The notes: generated by a model from the letters alone, not told the origin. Counted from the first letter of the stretch, positions 40,392 to 50,279 are shown. The stretch is DNA of 64,000 nucleotides from Candidatus Latescibacterota bacterium (GCA_965197905.1 CBDAOB010000004.1:1728001-1792000), one strand, 5' to 3'. Program-made: numbers and translations.

Positions 40392-41969
40392 TTAACGTCC
40401 GGCGAAGTTGGTCGACGAAGGATAGAAGGGTAGGTATTCGGTGTTGGGGTTGATCCCTACAATCTCGTCCCCGCGCCATTGCAGCTGGTATTCCACCCCA
40501 TCCGTCGGTTCGATCACCGTGGCGCAAGGCAGGTTGTATTCGACGTGAATCTGGGCACCCGGACTTTGCTTCTCAACAAAGAGGAATCCACCGATCTGTG
40601 CTGTTGAAGCCGGTTTTTCGTTGACCGTCAGGCGTACCGCAGCAGGCGAAGCCCATCTGGGAATCCGCAGGAACATCGGCCGCGCGGTCTTCAGGGAGAT
40701 CTGCAGCCGCGCTTTTTCGCCCCGGGTGCTCGCCATACGCAGGAACGAGTCCTCGTAGTCAAAGTGAAAATTCACCCTCAGACCAGATTCCGTCGAGTCT
40801 ACGATGCCGTCGTAGATGTCACACAAGGTGTGCAGGTCCGCGGCGGTGATATCGGTGGTCGGCCACGCCTCGCCGTGGGGATGCCGATGCATGCCGCCGT
40901 AAGCGCCGACCGTCCTGGCGTCCAGATCGGCGTGTTCGTCCTTCCCGTCATCGTCCATGGGCGTCAAGCCCAGCGGCTCGGTAATTTGGGAGGGGAGAAT
41001 GCGGCACCGCACGATGCGCTCGGCATCGTCCAGATACTCCCCGTACCCGAGTCGCGCTAGCCACAAGGCCAGCTGCGCCGCGTCTCCCGGAGAGGATGTT
41101 TCGCCCTTGGAGTCGAGCTTCCAGTCGTGAGAAACGAATCCCGACAGTTTGACGGAACTGCGCACGGTGGCGGCGTAGGTGGTGGCGATGCGCTGGACGT
41201 ATTCGTGCTGGCACGTCATCTGGCCGAACCGTAAGAGGCCGCGATACGTGCCCAACAGCGAGTGGGTGTGGAGATAATCAGATTCGGGGACGGAGCCGTC
41301 CGGTCGAGTGGCCACCTCGAGATGAAACTGGGCTAACCTTGTTGCCAGTCGCAGGGCCTTTTCACTTCCGGTGGCGGCATAGAACTCCAAAACGCCTTCC
41401 AGAGCGCGGCCGAGACTCTCGGTGAGTCGTACCCCTTTTTTTTCGCGTTGACCGGGCGTATTTCGATCGACCTCGAGCCCCCCCCGTTGGGCGAGATCCA
41501 CCATCAAGTCGTAGTTCCAGTGCCCATCTTCGCCCACGTAGCGGTCGAGCGCTTCGATTAACGTAGAACCCTTGTCGACCGCCCATTGACTGTCGCGCCA
41601 GCGCGCCAGGCAGGCGAGGGCGAGCAGGATTTCCCGCTGGGAATGTTCGTCGACCCAGCCTGGCGGCCGGTGTTCGAGCGGAAGAAGCAGACCGCAGACC
41701 GACAGCGGATTGGACATGCAGCGCTCGAGGTTCTTCAACATGGCACGCTCGAGCTCAGCAGGAATGGTGAATCCGGTGGTTGCTTCCAGACGCAACATCG
41801 CATCCCACCAGCGACCGATATTGTGGGCAGGATAGTCCATTTTGCACCGCGCCTGCAGGGTCTGCCGGTCGATCTTGACATTCCAAAGCGGCATATGGGC
41901 ATACGCCGGGGAGAGCGTATGGAGCAGATTCCTACCTGCCAGCTCCATCGATTCCTTCAACCTCAGCAT
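40392..41969 (-). CDS. Hypothetical protein, possibly GH127/GH146-like (alpha/alpha)6 hydrolase
   Basis: LHTHS, GETSS.GD, LDDAERIVR, C-terminal LRIPRWA beta-sandwich. Confidence 0.55.
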   Translation of the reverse strand: MLRLKESMELAGRNLLHTLSPAYAHMPLWNVKIDRQTLQARCKMDYPAHNIGRWWDAMLRLEATTGFTIPAELERAMLKNLERCMSNPLSVCGLLLPLEHRPPGWVDEHSQREILLALACLARWRDSQWAVDKGSTLIEALDRYVGEDGHWNYDLMVDLAQRGGLEVDRNTPGQREKKGVRLTESLGRALEGVLEFYAATGSEKALRLATRLAQFHLEVATRPDGSVPESDYLHTHSLLGTYRGLLRFGQMTCQHEYVQRIATTYAATVRSSVKLSGFVSHDWKLDSKGETSSPGDAAQLALWLARLGYGEYLDDAERIVRCRILPSQITEPLGLTPMDDDGKDEHADLDARTVGAYGGMHRHPHGEAWPTTDITAADLHTLCDIYDGIVDSTESGLRVNFHFDYEDSFLRMASTRGEKARLQISLKTARPMFLRIPRWASPAAVRLTVNEKPASTAQIGGFLFVEKQSPGAQIHVEYNLPCATVIEPTDGVEYQLQWRGDEIVGINPNTEYLPFYPSSTNFAGR

Positions 41970-42127
41970 CTCACGTTTCGTCCTTGGATTTGAGTGGCTC
42001 GTGCTCTCAAACGTCCTCCTGGGGGTCTTTCTTTCGCGACCGTTCCCAGGCTTCCTACTTCCTCTTGGAGGTAATCAGGCTTCTTCCCCAATGCAGCAGA
42101 GCGCAGTGTAATTCAGCCAAATGCCGA

Positions 42128-42161
42128 ATCATACTCATGTCCCCATCATACTCATGTTCCC
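42128..42161. repeat. 17-bp imperfect tandem duplication over the stop codon of the panE-like gene
   Basis: atcatactcatgtcccc / atcatactcatgttccc. Confidence 0.8.
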
Positions 42162-43126
42162 GCGACGCGCGCCCGCTGCTGGATCAACGGCAGTAGCACG
42201 TCGATGGTGGAGGTTTCGACCTCGACAAGACGTCCCATTTCCTGGACCACGGTCACCAGCGCGTCGACTTCCAGGGGTCGGCCTCTCTCCAGGTCCTGAA
42301 GCATGGAAGTTTTGTGTTGGCCCACTGCGGCAGCTCCCGCGATTCGCTTGTCCACATCGACGCCAAATCTGACACCCAGTCTTTCCCCGATGGCCTGCGC
42401 CTCCAACATCATGGCGCGGGCGACGTCCCGCGTTCCCGGGTCGGTCGCGATAACATCTAGCGTAGCGTGGGTGAGGGCACTGATCGGGTTGAAGCAAAGA
42501 TTTCCCCAGAGTTTGACCCAAATGTCGTTGCGAATCTCTGAGCGGATGGGTGCTCGAAGACCCGCCTTTCGGAGCGACTCGCTGAGTTTGACAACGCGCT
42601 CCGATTTTTCGCCGCTCGGTTCCCCCAGGCTGAGCCGATCGCCATCCTGGTGCAGGATGACACCGGGCTCGGACACCTCCGCAGCGGGGTAGACGACACA
42701 TCCGATGGCACGCTCCGGCCCGATTTTACCCCACAGCGTACCTCCCGGGTCCACACTCTCCAGGCGATGGTCGGCCCACGGACCCTTCAGGCGGTAGAAG
42801 TACCACCAGGGGATGCCGTTGGTGCCCGTCACGACGGCCGTCGTGGGACCGAGCAGGGGCTGCATCGCGTCCGCAACTCCGGGCAGCGAATGGGCTTTGA
42901 GGGTAACGATGACGATGTCCTGTGGCCCGATATCGGCAGGATCGTCCGTGCAACGCGGGTGGGCAACGCGCTCCTCATCGTCGATGATGAGTTTGACGCC
43001 GCTCTTCTGCATCGCCTCCAGATGCGGTCCCCTCGCAATGAACGAGACATCCTCGCCCGACAGGGCGAGCTGAACGCCGAGATACCCACCGATGGCGCCG
43101 GCGCCAAAGATACAGATGCGCATCAC
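42152..43126 (-). CDS. 2-dehydropantoate 2-reductase family protein (putative oxalyl-CoA reductase, PanE2-like)
   Basis: GAGAIGG, NGIPWWYF, WVKLWGN..FNP, HKTSMLQD..GR.LE; overlaps the ligase stop codon. Confidence 0.85.
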   Translation of the reverse strand: MMRICIFGAGAIGGYLGVQLALSGEDVSFIARGPHLEAMQKSGVKLIIDDEERVAHPRCTDDPADIGPQDIVIVTLKAHSLPGVADAMQPLLGPTTAVVTGTNGIPWWYFYRLKGPWADHRLESVDPGGTLWGKIGPERAIGCVVYPAAEVSEPGVILHQDGDRLSLGEPSGEKSERVVKLSESLRKAGLRAPIRSEIRNDIWVKLWGNLCFNPISALTHATLDVIATDPGTRDVARAMMLEAQAIGERLGVRFGVDVDKRIAGAAAVGQHKTSMLQDLERGRPLEVDALVTVVQEMGRLVEVETSTIDVLLPLIQQRARVAGT

Positions 43127-44655
43127 CCGATTCCGAGCTTCTCGGCGAGGCCGATCCGTTGGAGCTTTCCCGTTGCGCCTTTGGGGATCTCCTCGAGGAA
43201 AAGTATTTTGCGCGGGACCTTGAAGCCCGCCAGGCGCTCGGACGCGAATGACCGAATCTCACCTTCGGTGGCCTCGGAACTTTCGCGCAGGACAACGGCC
43301 GCGGCCACATCCTCGCCCAGGCTCTTGTGAGGCATGGCGAAGGTCACGACCTGCTGCACGGCGGGGTGATCCATCAAAATGTCGTCCACTTCACGCGGCG
43401 AGATCTTTTCGCCCCCGCGGTTAATGATTTCCTTGAGGCGACCGGTGATCGTCAAGTAACCGTCAACGTCCATCGTGCCTTGATCACCTGTTCGGAACCA
43501 TCCTTCGGTAAAGTTTTCGGCGTTGGCTATCGGGTTGTTCTCGTAGCCGGGAGTCACGTTCGGCCCCTTGATGACGACTTCGCCGACCTCCCCCTGTGGC
43601 AACAACGTGGGACCCGACTCGTCCATGATCGCTACCTCGGGACCGGCCGCCGGACCGACCGTACCGGGCTTGCGCTGCCCCGGTGGCAGGGCGTTACAGG
43701 TCATCTGATGTGCCGCCTCGGTCATTGCATAGGCCTCGACGACAGGGGCGCTGAACGTCTTTTCCAGCTCTTCCATCACCTGAGGTGGAAGGGAGGATGA
43801 AGAAGAGCGGATGAACCGGAGGTTCGCGGAGGAGACAATTTCGGAGTTCCGTTTGGCTCGGACGAGGATGGTCTGGTGCATCGTGGGAACGGCGGTATAC
43901 CACGAAGGTTTCGCCTGATCGAGCAAAGCGAAGAATCTGAGCGCATCGAAGCCCGGCGTGCAGAAGACGCTGGCACCCGCGCGCAGGGTCGACAAAATGG
44001 CGGCCATCAGTCCGTGGATGTGGAACAGGGGCATGACGTTCATACAGCGGTCGTCGGAGGTCAACTTCAGTGTCGTCCCGATATTGTGGGCAGAGGCGCA
44101 GACGTTTCGATGCGTAAGGGGAACGAGTTTCGGCCGTGAGGTGGTACCAGAGGTGTGCAGAACCAGCACCACATCATCTGGTTCGGCCGGGCCTCCTGAT
44201 TTGGGTTCGGTTGCGTCCATCTGTGCAGCCGGCGTGAGGTCGAAAACGCCGGCCGGTCGATCATCGCCGGTTGAGATTTCCAGCACGGGGATGTCGAGCT
44301 GAGTCGCGGATTCGATAGCGGGTGACGTGGTGCCGGTTTCGACGAGGAGTGCCTTTGCATCCAGGTCTGACAGGTAGAAGTCGTACTCTTCTCGCTTGTA
44401 TGCCGGGTTCAGAGGCGCTGTGGTGGCGCCGGCGGCGATCGAGACGAACGCCACGGCCATCTCCGGGCCGTTGGGCAACACGATGGCAACGCGGTCGTTG
44501 CGACCTATCCCGAGTCGGTTCAGGGCGGTAACCGTCCGATCGACGTGAGCCCGCAAATCCCCGTAGGTCAGTGAAGCGCGGTCGACGCCGTCTATGGCGA
44601 CGGCTTCGTCACTTCCTGAATTGATAATCTTTCTTAGCGTACTAATTTCTGCCAT
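43123..44655 (-). CDS. Acyl-CoA synthetase, oxalate-CoA ligase type
   Basis: LHTSGTTSRPK, MPLFHIHGL, WYTAVPTMHQ, RSSSS, EAYAMTEAAHQM, PKGATGKLQR. Confidence 0.88.
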   Translation of the reverse strand: MAEISTLRKIINSGSDEAVAIDGVDRASLTYGDLRAHVDRTVTALNRLGIGRNDRVAIVLPNGPEMAVAFVSIAAGATTAPLNPAYKREEYDFYLSDLDAKALLVETGTTSPAIESATQLDIPVLEISTGDDRPAGVFDLTPAAQMDATEPKSGGPAEPDDVVLVLHTSGTTSRPKLVPLTHRNVCASAHNIGTTLKLTSDDRCMNVMPLFHIHGLMAAILSTLRAGASVFCTPGFDALRFFALLDQAKPSWYTAVPTMHQTILVRAKRNSEIVSSANLRFIRSSSSSLPPQVMEELEKTFSAPVVEAYAMTEAAHQMTCNALPPGQRKPGTVGPAAGPEVAIMDESGPTLLPQGEVGEVVIKGPNVTPGYENNPIANAENFTEGWFRTGDQGTMDVDGYLTITGRLKEIINRGGEKISPREVDDILMDHPAVQQVVTFAMPHKSLGEDVAAAVVLRESSEATEGEIRSFASERLAGFKVPRKILFLEEIPKGATGKLQRIGLAEKLGIG

Positions 44656-45012
44656 CGATTGCTCCAAATTGGAATTTGTGCGATTGGTCGTTTTGCGATC
44701 TGGCTACCGGTTGATGAAAGGAACCAGGGATGCCCCGCGGACAGGAACTAAACTGATTCTGACACGCACGTTATGCAAGACGAAAACATCCACCGGAGCC
44801 TTGAAGCAAGACGGTCGATTCCGGTCGTATGAAAATCAGCCGTGGACGGCGCGGGAGGTCCAGCTCTTCGGGACCGTTTGCGGCTGTCGAGATTCGTGCA
44901 CAATAAGCTTTGTTAGCCAGCCAATGGCACAAACGCGGCCTGATGCCGTGTCAGTGTTGTTTCTCTAGCGGGCAAAAAGATAGGGTTGTGGCGGCAACAA
45001 GATGGCCTCAAT

Positions 45013-45108
45013 CCATTGTCTTGCAACATTTTATGTCAGTGGCGGGAACATGTGGGAATCGAACCCACCCAGCGACGCTCTCGCGCCACCGCAACGGATT
45101 TGAAGTCC
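45013..45108 (-). repeat. att copy: 3' part of tRNA-Sec plus about 27 nt of downstream sequence
   Basis: 96-bp direct repeat of 58552-58647 with one mismatch; identity starts at the anticodon stem. Confidence 0.95.
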
Positions 45109-45212
45109 AAATTGAGCAGCTATAGTGCCTTGTTACTACTGCACTTACAGAACCCCGATTTTTCTCTAAAAAACAGGTGTCCATTTGTGCCCAGCGGTCC
45201 TCTGAGCTTGTC

Positions 45213-45673
45213 TGACCTGCCCCCACCTATGTATCCACATCCAGAGTTAGGATGTGGCTGCGATGAGCGGTCCTAGCGCCGCTTCCGGCGCCGGTGATTT
45301 ATAGCCGAGTGAACTGTGTGGGCGGATCTGATTATATTCCCGACGCCAGATCCGCTCCACTCGCTTGTGGTTCACTTGCCAGCCGTCAGCCTTCAGCAGG
45401 GCCGTGATCCTACGGTAGCCAGCCCATATTCTCTGGCCAGAGAGACGATGTTGGCGGTCAGAACCGCCTCATCGTCTGCCATCCTGGACGTGTATGGCTG
45501 GGAGCGTCTCACCTGTCCCAGCACACGGCACGCCCGACGCTCGGAAACACTCAGCACCTGGCAGACGAGCCCGACCGCCTGACGTCGACGCGTCGGGCTC
45601 AGAAGTTTTCCCGGGAGGTTTCCTTCAGGATCGAGATGTCCAGAGCCTGGTCGGCGACCAACCTCTTCAACCT
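45213..45673 (-). mobile_element. IS3-family (IS407-like) remnant with internally deleted transposase
   Basis: orfA end RLKRLVADQALDISILKETSRENF; orfB SERRACRVLG..GYRRITALL..NHKRVERIWRRE joined to YNQIRPHSSLGY; terminal TGACCTGCCCCC at 45213. Confidence 0.9.
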
Positions 45674-45849
45674 TCAGGGCAAAAAAGCAGTTCAACAACG
45701 GCATTGTCGAGGGGCTAAACCTGAAATGGAATCTTACGGTGAGAAAAGCATTCGGATTCCGCACCTTCAACGCACTCCAAATCGCTTCATTCCATCAGCT
45801 TGGCGATCTACCCGAGCCACAGTTCACCCACGAATTCTACTGACGAGCC
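45674..45849 (+). mobile_element. ISL3-family remnant (transposase C-terminus and right end)
   Basis: FNNGIVEGLNLK..RKAFGFRT..LGDLPEPQFTHEFY-stop, ending in GAGCC next to an A/T run. Confidence 0.85.
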
Positions 45850-46496
45850 TATTTTTTTAACGGCCGCGCCGGCACGCCTACGACCGTTACATGCTCTGCT
45901 ACGTCTTCCACGACCGACGCCCCGGCGCCGACAATGGCGCCGGGGCCGACGGTCACCCCTTGTTTCAAAACGGCGCCAATGCCGATGTGCGCGCCCGTCC
46001 CCACCCGGACATTCCCCGCCAGGCGGGCGCCCGTTGCCACATGGGCGTGATCTGCGATAATGCAATCGTGTTCGATCACGGCACCGCTGTTGACAATGAC
46101 GTTTTTCCCCAAGTTGGCATCGGGGTTGACGATACTTCCGGCCAACAACTGGGCCCCGGCACCGATCGCGGCCCAACCCGATACTATCGCGCTCGGATGG
46201 ATCACCGACATAGGCTCCAACCCATTGGCAACTGCCAACTCGAAAAGGTTGCGCCGCGGTCCGTTGTTGCCCACCCCCCCGACCCCGACGGCAAAATAAG
46301 GAAATCCTTTGTCGGGCCAAGACGCCAGATCCGCGTCTCCGCCGGCGACGGGCGCATCGAGCACCTTGCCACCCCACAGCGCAGGGTCCTCGTCCACTAC
46401 CACGCACTCCAACCCGGGCAAGTGCAATTTCAGGGTTTCCAGCACCACTTTGGCATGCCCGCCCCCGCCGAGTACGACACATCCTCCACCCAACAC
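45849..46496 (-). CDS. NeuD/PglD-type sugar acetyltransferase
   Basis: LGGGGHAKV, IHPSA, IEHDC, hexapeptide repeats, VGVPAR. Confidence 0.9.
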   Translation of the reverse strand: MLGGGCVVLGGGGHAKVVLETLKLHLPGLECVVVDEDPALWGGKVLDAPVAGGDADLASWPDKGFPYFAVGVGGVGNNGPRRNLFELAVANGLEPMSVIHPSAIVSGWAAIGAGAQLLAGSIVNPDANLGKNVIVNSGAVIEHDCIIADHAHVATGARLAGNVRVGTGAHIGIGAVLKQGVTVGPGAIVGAGASVVEDVAEHVTVVGVPARPLKK

Positions 46497-46497
46497 G

Positions 46498-47688
46498 TCA
46501 CCGCTCCTCGCTGCGGGCCCACTCGGACGCCGCTCCTGTTAGGTCCTTGAACTCCTTGCGCAACAACTGGTCACCCAGCGCGACTTGCCGCAAACGATCG
46601 ACGATCTTTTCCGCCGCCAGCCCGTCGCCATAGGGGTTTGTCAACCGCGCCAGACCCGCGCGGAAATCGGAACTGAGGGCTCGGGTGATTCCGCGCGCTA
46701 TCTCGGCTTTGGTGCAGCCGACGTCGATCACATTTTCAGCGCGCGTCCTGCCGTCCTGGCGCGTGCCGATATTGACCACGGGCAATTTGAACGAGGGGCT
46801 CTCTATAATACCGCTCGAGGAGTTGCCCACCATCGCGGCGGCGACCGTCATCACGCTGAAATAACCCTGCATACCCAGGTTGTCGACGATTTGGACGTTG
46901 ACGCGGTTCGCGGCGAATTCCGCAACTCTTGCCGCGATTACCCGCCCCCCGGTGTCGGCGTTGGGCTGGGTAAAGACCATCGGCATGTCCCAATCCGCCA
47001 AGGCGTCGAGCAGTTCGCCTATATGGCGTCTTGTCTGCTCAAATTCCAACGTCACCGGATGGAAGGTCACCAACAGCGGCGGCGCGTCCAGGTGCAGTCC
47101 GTAGCGTTGTTCGACCTGGCTGCGATCCAACAACTCGACCGTTCGCAAGTTGTCCAGGGCGGGCGCGCCAGAGACCACGACCTGCGCCGGATCCTCGCCC
47201 AGTTGGACCACGCGACGCCCGTATTCGTCCGTGGCGACGAAATGCAAGTGGCTGAGCTTGGTCAGCGAATGCCGCAACGCGTCGTCGATGGCCCCTTGCG
47301 TCACTTCGCCGCCGTGGATATGGGCGACGGGGATCTTGAACGGCAGCGCCGCCAGCGCGGCGGCATGCATCTCGAAACGGTCGCCCAGCGTCAGGAGGAT
47401 ATCCGGTCGCGTGCGGGCGTAGGCCTGCGCATAACCGATCAACCCCAAACCCATGGACTTTACGATGCCCTCAGGCGAATCCGACGAGAGCAGCATCTCC
47501 ACCCGCTCCCCGACTGCGAAACCGTCCGCTTCGATCGCCTCTACCGTCATCCCGAACTCGGGCGACAGGTGCATCCCCCCGGCGAGGAGATGCAGATCCA
47601 ATTCGGGATCGGCCTGTATCCCTTTCAAGACGGGCAGGTAGATGCCGTAGTCCGAACGGGCCACCGAGACCACGCCGATCGTCCTCAA
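46498..47688 (-). CDS. neuC: Hydrolysing NDP-N-acetylglucosamine 2-epimerase (NeuC/LegG type)
   Basis: RSDYG, LGDRFE, HIHGGE, RHSLTKLSHLHF, GNSSSGIIE, IGTRQ, NPYGDG. Confidence 0.93.
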   Translation of the reverse strand: MRTIGVVSVARSDYGIYLPVLKGIQADPELDLHLLAGGMHLSPEFGMTVEAIEADGFAVGERVEMLLSSDSPEGIVKSMGLGLIGYAQAYARTRPDILLTLGDRFEMHAAALAALPFKIPVAHIHGGEVTQGAIDDALRHSLTKLSHLHFVATDEYGRRVVQLGEDPAQVVVSGAPALDNLRTVELLDRSQVEQRYGLHLDAPPLLVTFHPVTLEFEQTRRHIGELLDALADWDMPMVFTQPNADTGGRVIAARVAEFAANRVNVQIVDNLGMQGYFSVMTVAAAMVGNSSSGIIESPSFKLPVVNIGTRQDGRTRAENVIDVGCTKAEIARGITRALSSDFRAGLARLTNPYGDGLAAEKIVDRLRQVALGDQLLRKEFKDLTGAASEWARSEER

Positions 47689-48746
47689 ACGAGCGCCTCC
47701 AGCGACAGCAACTCACCCCCGACCAGCGCCCTAGCCGTCGTCCGCCGGACCACGTGGGACAAAAGGTCCGGCGGCAACCCCGTTCCGGGCCGCTTGATCT
47801 CAATCATATCCTTCCTGAGCACGGTCCCAGCTGGCAGATCCCGCGCGACGACCAGGCTCTTGCGGGCGACAGCCGCGGTCTCGAGCTCGGCTGTGGTTGG
47901 CTCTTTGCGGCCGTGGCCAAGCGCCGATTCCACATCGCGCACACCCCTTACCAGACTTTCCAGCTCGGCGGGTTCCAGCGAGGCGGCGTGATCGGGCCCG
48001 AGTAGCGAGCGGTCCAGGGTGAAGTGCTTCTCCAACACACAGGCTCCCAAAGCGACCGCCGCCAGCGCGACCTCGGTCCCCGTCGTGTGGTCTGAATACC
48101 CCACTGGCACGGAGAAGGCCCCCGCCAACGTCGCCATCGCCCGCAAGTTGGCGTCGCCGGGGCGGGTGGGATAACAACTCACGCAATGCATTAGCGCCAG
48201 CCGCTCGTTACCGGCCGCCGCAATCGCCCGCACGGCCTTTTCAACCTCGCCGATATACGACATCCCCGTGGAGACGAGGAGTGGCTTGCCTTTGGCGGCG
48301 ATATGACTGAGCAGGGGAAGATTGGTGATTTCGCCTGAAGGCACCTTAAAAACGGCAACCCCCAAAGCATCCAGAAAATCGACGCTATCCCCGTCAAAGG
48401 GGCTCGATATGAAAATCATGCCGTGGGACTCGCTCCGCGCTTTCAACTCCCGGTAGCCCTCCAACTCCAACTCCAGTCGCCGCAGCATCTCATAGGACGA
48501 TTCCCCCGCATCGGTATTGTCCTTCTGATAACCCGCCTTGGGCGCTGCGCCCGTGACGAGCTGATCGGCCTTGAAGGTCTGGAACTTGATGGCGTCGGCA
48601 CCGGTCTGTGCGGCAATATCGACCATCTGCCGGGCGCGCTCGAGGTCGCCGTTGTGATTGACCCCCGCCTCGGCGATGATCAGGCAGGGATGCCCCGGAC
48701 CCAGCTTGCGGCCGGCGACGGCGAATTCAGTTACCACGCCGTCCAT
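47685..48746 (-). CDS. neuB: Nonulosonic acid synthase (NeuB/LegI type)
   Basis: IAEAGVNHNG, KFQTF, KVPSGE, GYSDHT, EKHFTLD, C-terminal SAF domain. Confidence 0.95.
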   Translation of the reverse strand: MDGVVTEFAVAGRKLGPGHPCLIIAEAGVNHNGDLERARQMVDIAAQTGADAIKFQTFKADQLVTGAAPKAGYQKDNTDAGESSYEMLRRLELELEGYRELKARSESHGMIFISSPFDGDSVDFLDALGVAVFKVPSGEITNLPLLSHIAAKGKPLLVSTGMSYIGEVEKAVRAIAAAGNERLALMHCVSCYPTRPGDANLRAMATLAGAFSVPVGYSDHTTGTEVALAAVALGACVLEKHFTLDRSLLGPDHAASLEPAELESLVRGVRDVESALGHGRKEPTTAELETAAVARKSLVVARDLPAGTVLRKDMIEIKRPGTGLPPDLLSHVVRRTTARALVGGELLSLEALV

Positions 48747-49537
48747 CCTCCGTCGACCACCACGTTCTGCCCCGTCACGTATTGGGAAAGGTCGCTGGCC
48801 AGATAGGCCACCGCTCCTTTGACATCTTCCTCGGTAGCCATCCGCTGCAGCGGAGTCCGCTCTTTATAACGCTGGTGGAACTCCTCGTGTTGGCCGCGCC
48901 ACACGCCCCCCATGCTGATGGCGTTGACCCTGACCTGCGGCGCCAGGGCGGTGGCCAGCCAGCGGGTCCATTGCACCAACCCGCCCTTGCTGGCCGCATA
49001 GGCCCCGGGCACCCCACCCATCGGCGTGCCTTCGTATAGGCCGGGGTCGGTGCCGACGATGCCGTAAATCGAGCTGATATTGATCACGCTGCCGTGTCCC
49101 GACTCGGCGAGCGCCTCGGCGCAGGCCTGGGTCAGGACGAAGGGCGCCGTCATATTGACCTCCAGAGCCTTGCGCCAGGTATCGGCGCTCTGCGCAGCGA
49201 AGGGCACGCCCCAACCGCGCAATTCCGAAGTCCCCACCAGCGCTGCACAATGGACGAGAATATCCAGACGACCGAAACGGTCGAGAACCTTGTCGGCGAC
49301 GGAGCGCAATTCCTCCTCGTCCTCCATATCCACCACTAGCGGCAACGTCTTCACCTGGCATTGCTCGGCGATGCAACCGGTGACCAGCAGACATTTTTCG
49401 CGTTGGATATCTAACAACGCGATATTCGCCCCCAATTCGGCGAGCGCCTCCCCTATCGCGGAACCGAGATATCCGGCTCCGCCCGTAATCAGCCCAACCC
49501 GGTCCCGCAAGTCGATTAGTTCGCCGACCGAACGCAT
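48731..49537 (-). CDS. SDR oxidoreductase (PtmA-like)
   Basis: TGGAGYLG, SSIYG, YAASK, located inside the neu cluster. Confidence 0.85.
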   Translation of the reverse strand: MRSVGELIDLRDRVGLITGGAGYLGSAIGEALAELGANIALLDIQREKCLLVTGCIAEQCQVKTLPLVVDMEDEEELRSVADKVLDRFGRLDILVHCAALVGTSELRGWGVPFAAQSADTWRKALEVNMTAPFVLTQACAEALAESGHGSVINISSIYGIVGTDPGLYEGTPMGGVPGAYAASKGGLVQWTRWLATALAPQVRVNAISMGGVWRGQHEEFHQRYKERTPLQRMATEEDVKGAVAYLASDLSQYVTGQNVVVDGGWTAW

Positions 49538-49541
49538 CGCG

Positions 49542-50279
49542 TTATCCTCGGACGTTCCGAGCCAGGAGGAATTCGGCAAAATCCCAGTCGAGTGGAGTAT
49601 CGATATCGAGACTGCGCTGCCTGGGCACTTCCACCGCCTTGACCCTACTATTATAGATATAGTCCTCCTCCAACACGTGTTTGGGCCGCGCCGCATAGGC
49701 GACCGTGGAAATGCCGTAGACCCCGGGCGTATTCTGGCGGGAATGGGGCTCGTCCCCCGGCCCCGGCGGAATGACCATCCGCGCGAAGTTCCGTTCGTCC
49801 AACTCGACCATATTGTAATAGGGGCTTCTCTCTGCTGGGCTGACTGTGATGACGATGTCTATTTCACCTTGCTCGTCTTGCAATAAGGCGTCGATGCACT
49901 TGTCCAGATCCCCGACGGTGCGCAGCGGGGACGTCGTGGGCACGCTGACGAAGATATCAATCGGTCGGTCTGCTTCGAGGTCCTGTATCGTCCGGAGCGC
50001 GTGTTGCCAGGCGGCCCGCTCCGGCGCATCGTCACTGGCCAACTCCGCTGGTCGGACAAAAGGCACTTCGGCGCCGTATTCGCGGGCGACAGCGGCGATT
50101 TTATCATCGTCGGTCGAGACGATAACACGGTTGATAAATTCGCTTTGCTGGGCTATTTCTATGGAATAGGCGATCAGCGGCTTGCCGTGTAACGGCCGGA
50201 TATTCTTGCCCTGGATTCCCTTAGATCCGCCCCTAGCGAAAATAAACGCGGGTATATTCGGCTTGGCGTCATTTTTCAT
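49542..50279 (-). CDS. neuA: Acylneuraminate cytidylyltransferase (NeuA/PtmB type)
   Basis: FARGGSKGI.GKN, VSTDD, TSPLR, DIDT..D. Confidence 0.93.
   Translation of the reverse strand: MKNDAKPNIPAFIFARGGSKGIQGKNIRPLHGKPLIAYSIEIAQQSEFINRVIVSTDDDKIAAVAREYGAEVPFVRPAELASDDAPERAAWQHALRTIQDLEADRPIDIFVSVPTTSPLRTVGDLDKCIDALLQDEQGEIDIVITVSPAERSPYYNMVELDERNFARMVIPPGPGDEPHSRQNTPGVYGISTVAYAARPKHVLEEDYIYNSRVKAVEVPRQRSLDIDTPLDWDFAEFLLARNVRG

Noticed and set aside
41984..41997. GGATTTGAGT as a third tRNA-Sec att fragment
   Set aside because: Too short and gapped relative to GGATTTGAAGT; likely chance
45013..45108. Second functional tRNA-Sec
   Set aside because: Lacks the 5' acceptor strand and D-arm; it is an att duplicate
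45185..45194. TTGTGCCCAG matching 58522-58531 in inverted orientation, as integrase arm sites
   Set aside because: Only 10 bp, and the right copy probably lies inside the IS inverted repeat; not enough support
46585..47991. Long antisense ORFs (468 aa here; also 54625-55776, 21996-22853 and others)
   Set aside because: Shadows of real genes on the opposite strand in high-GC DNA, with no motifs
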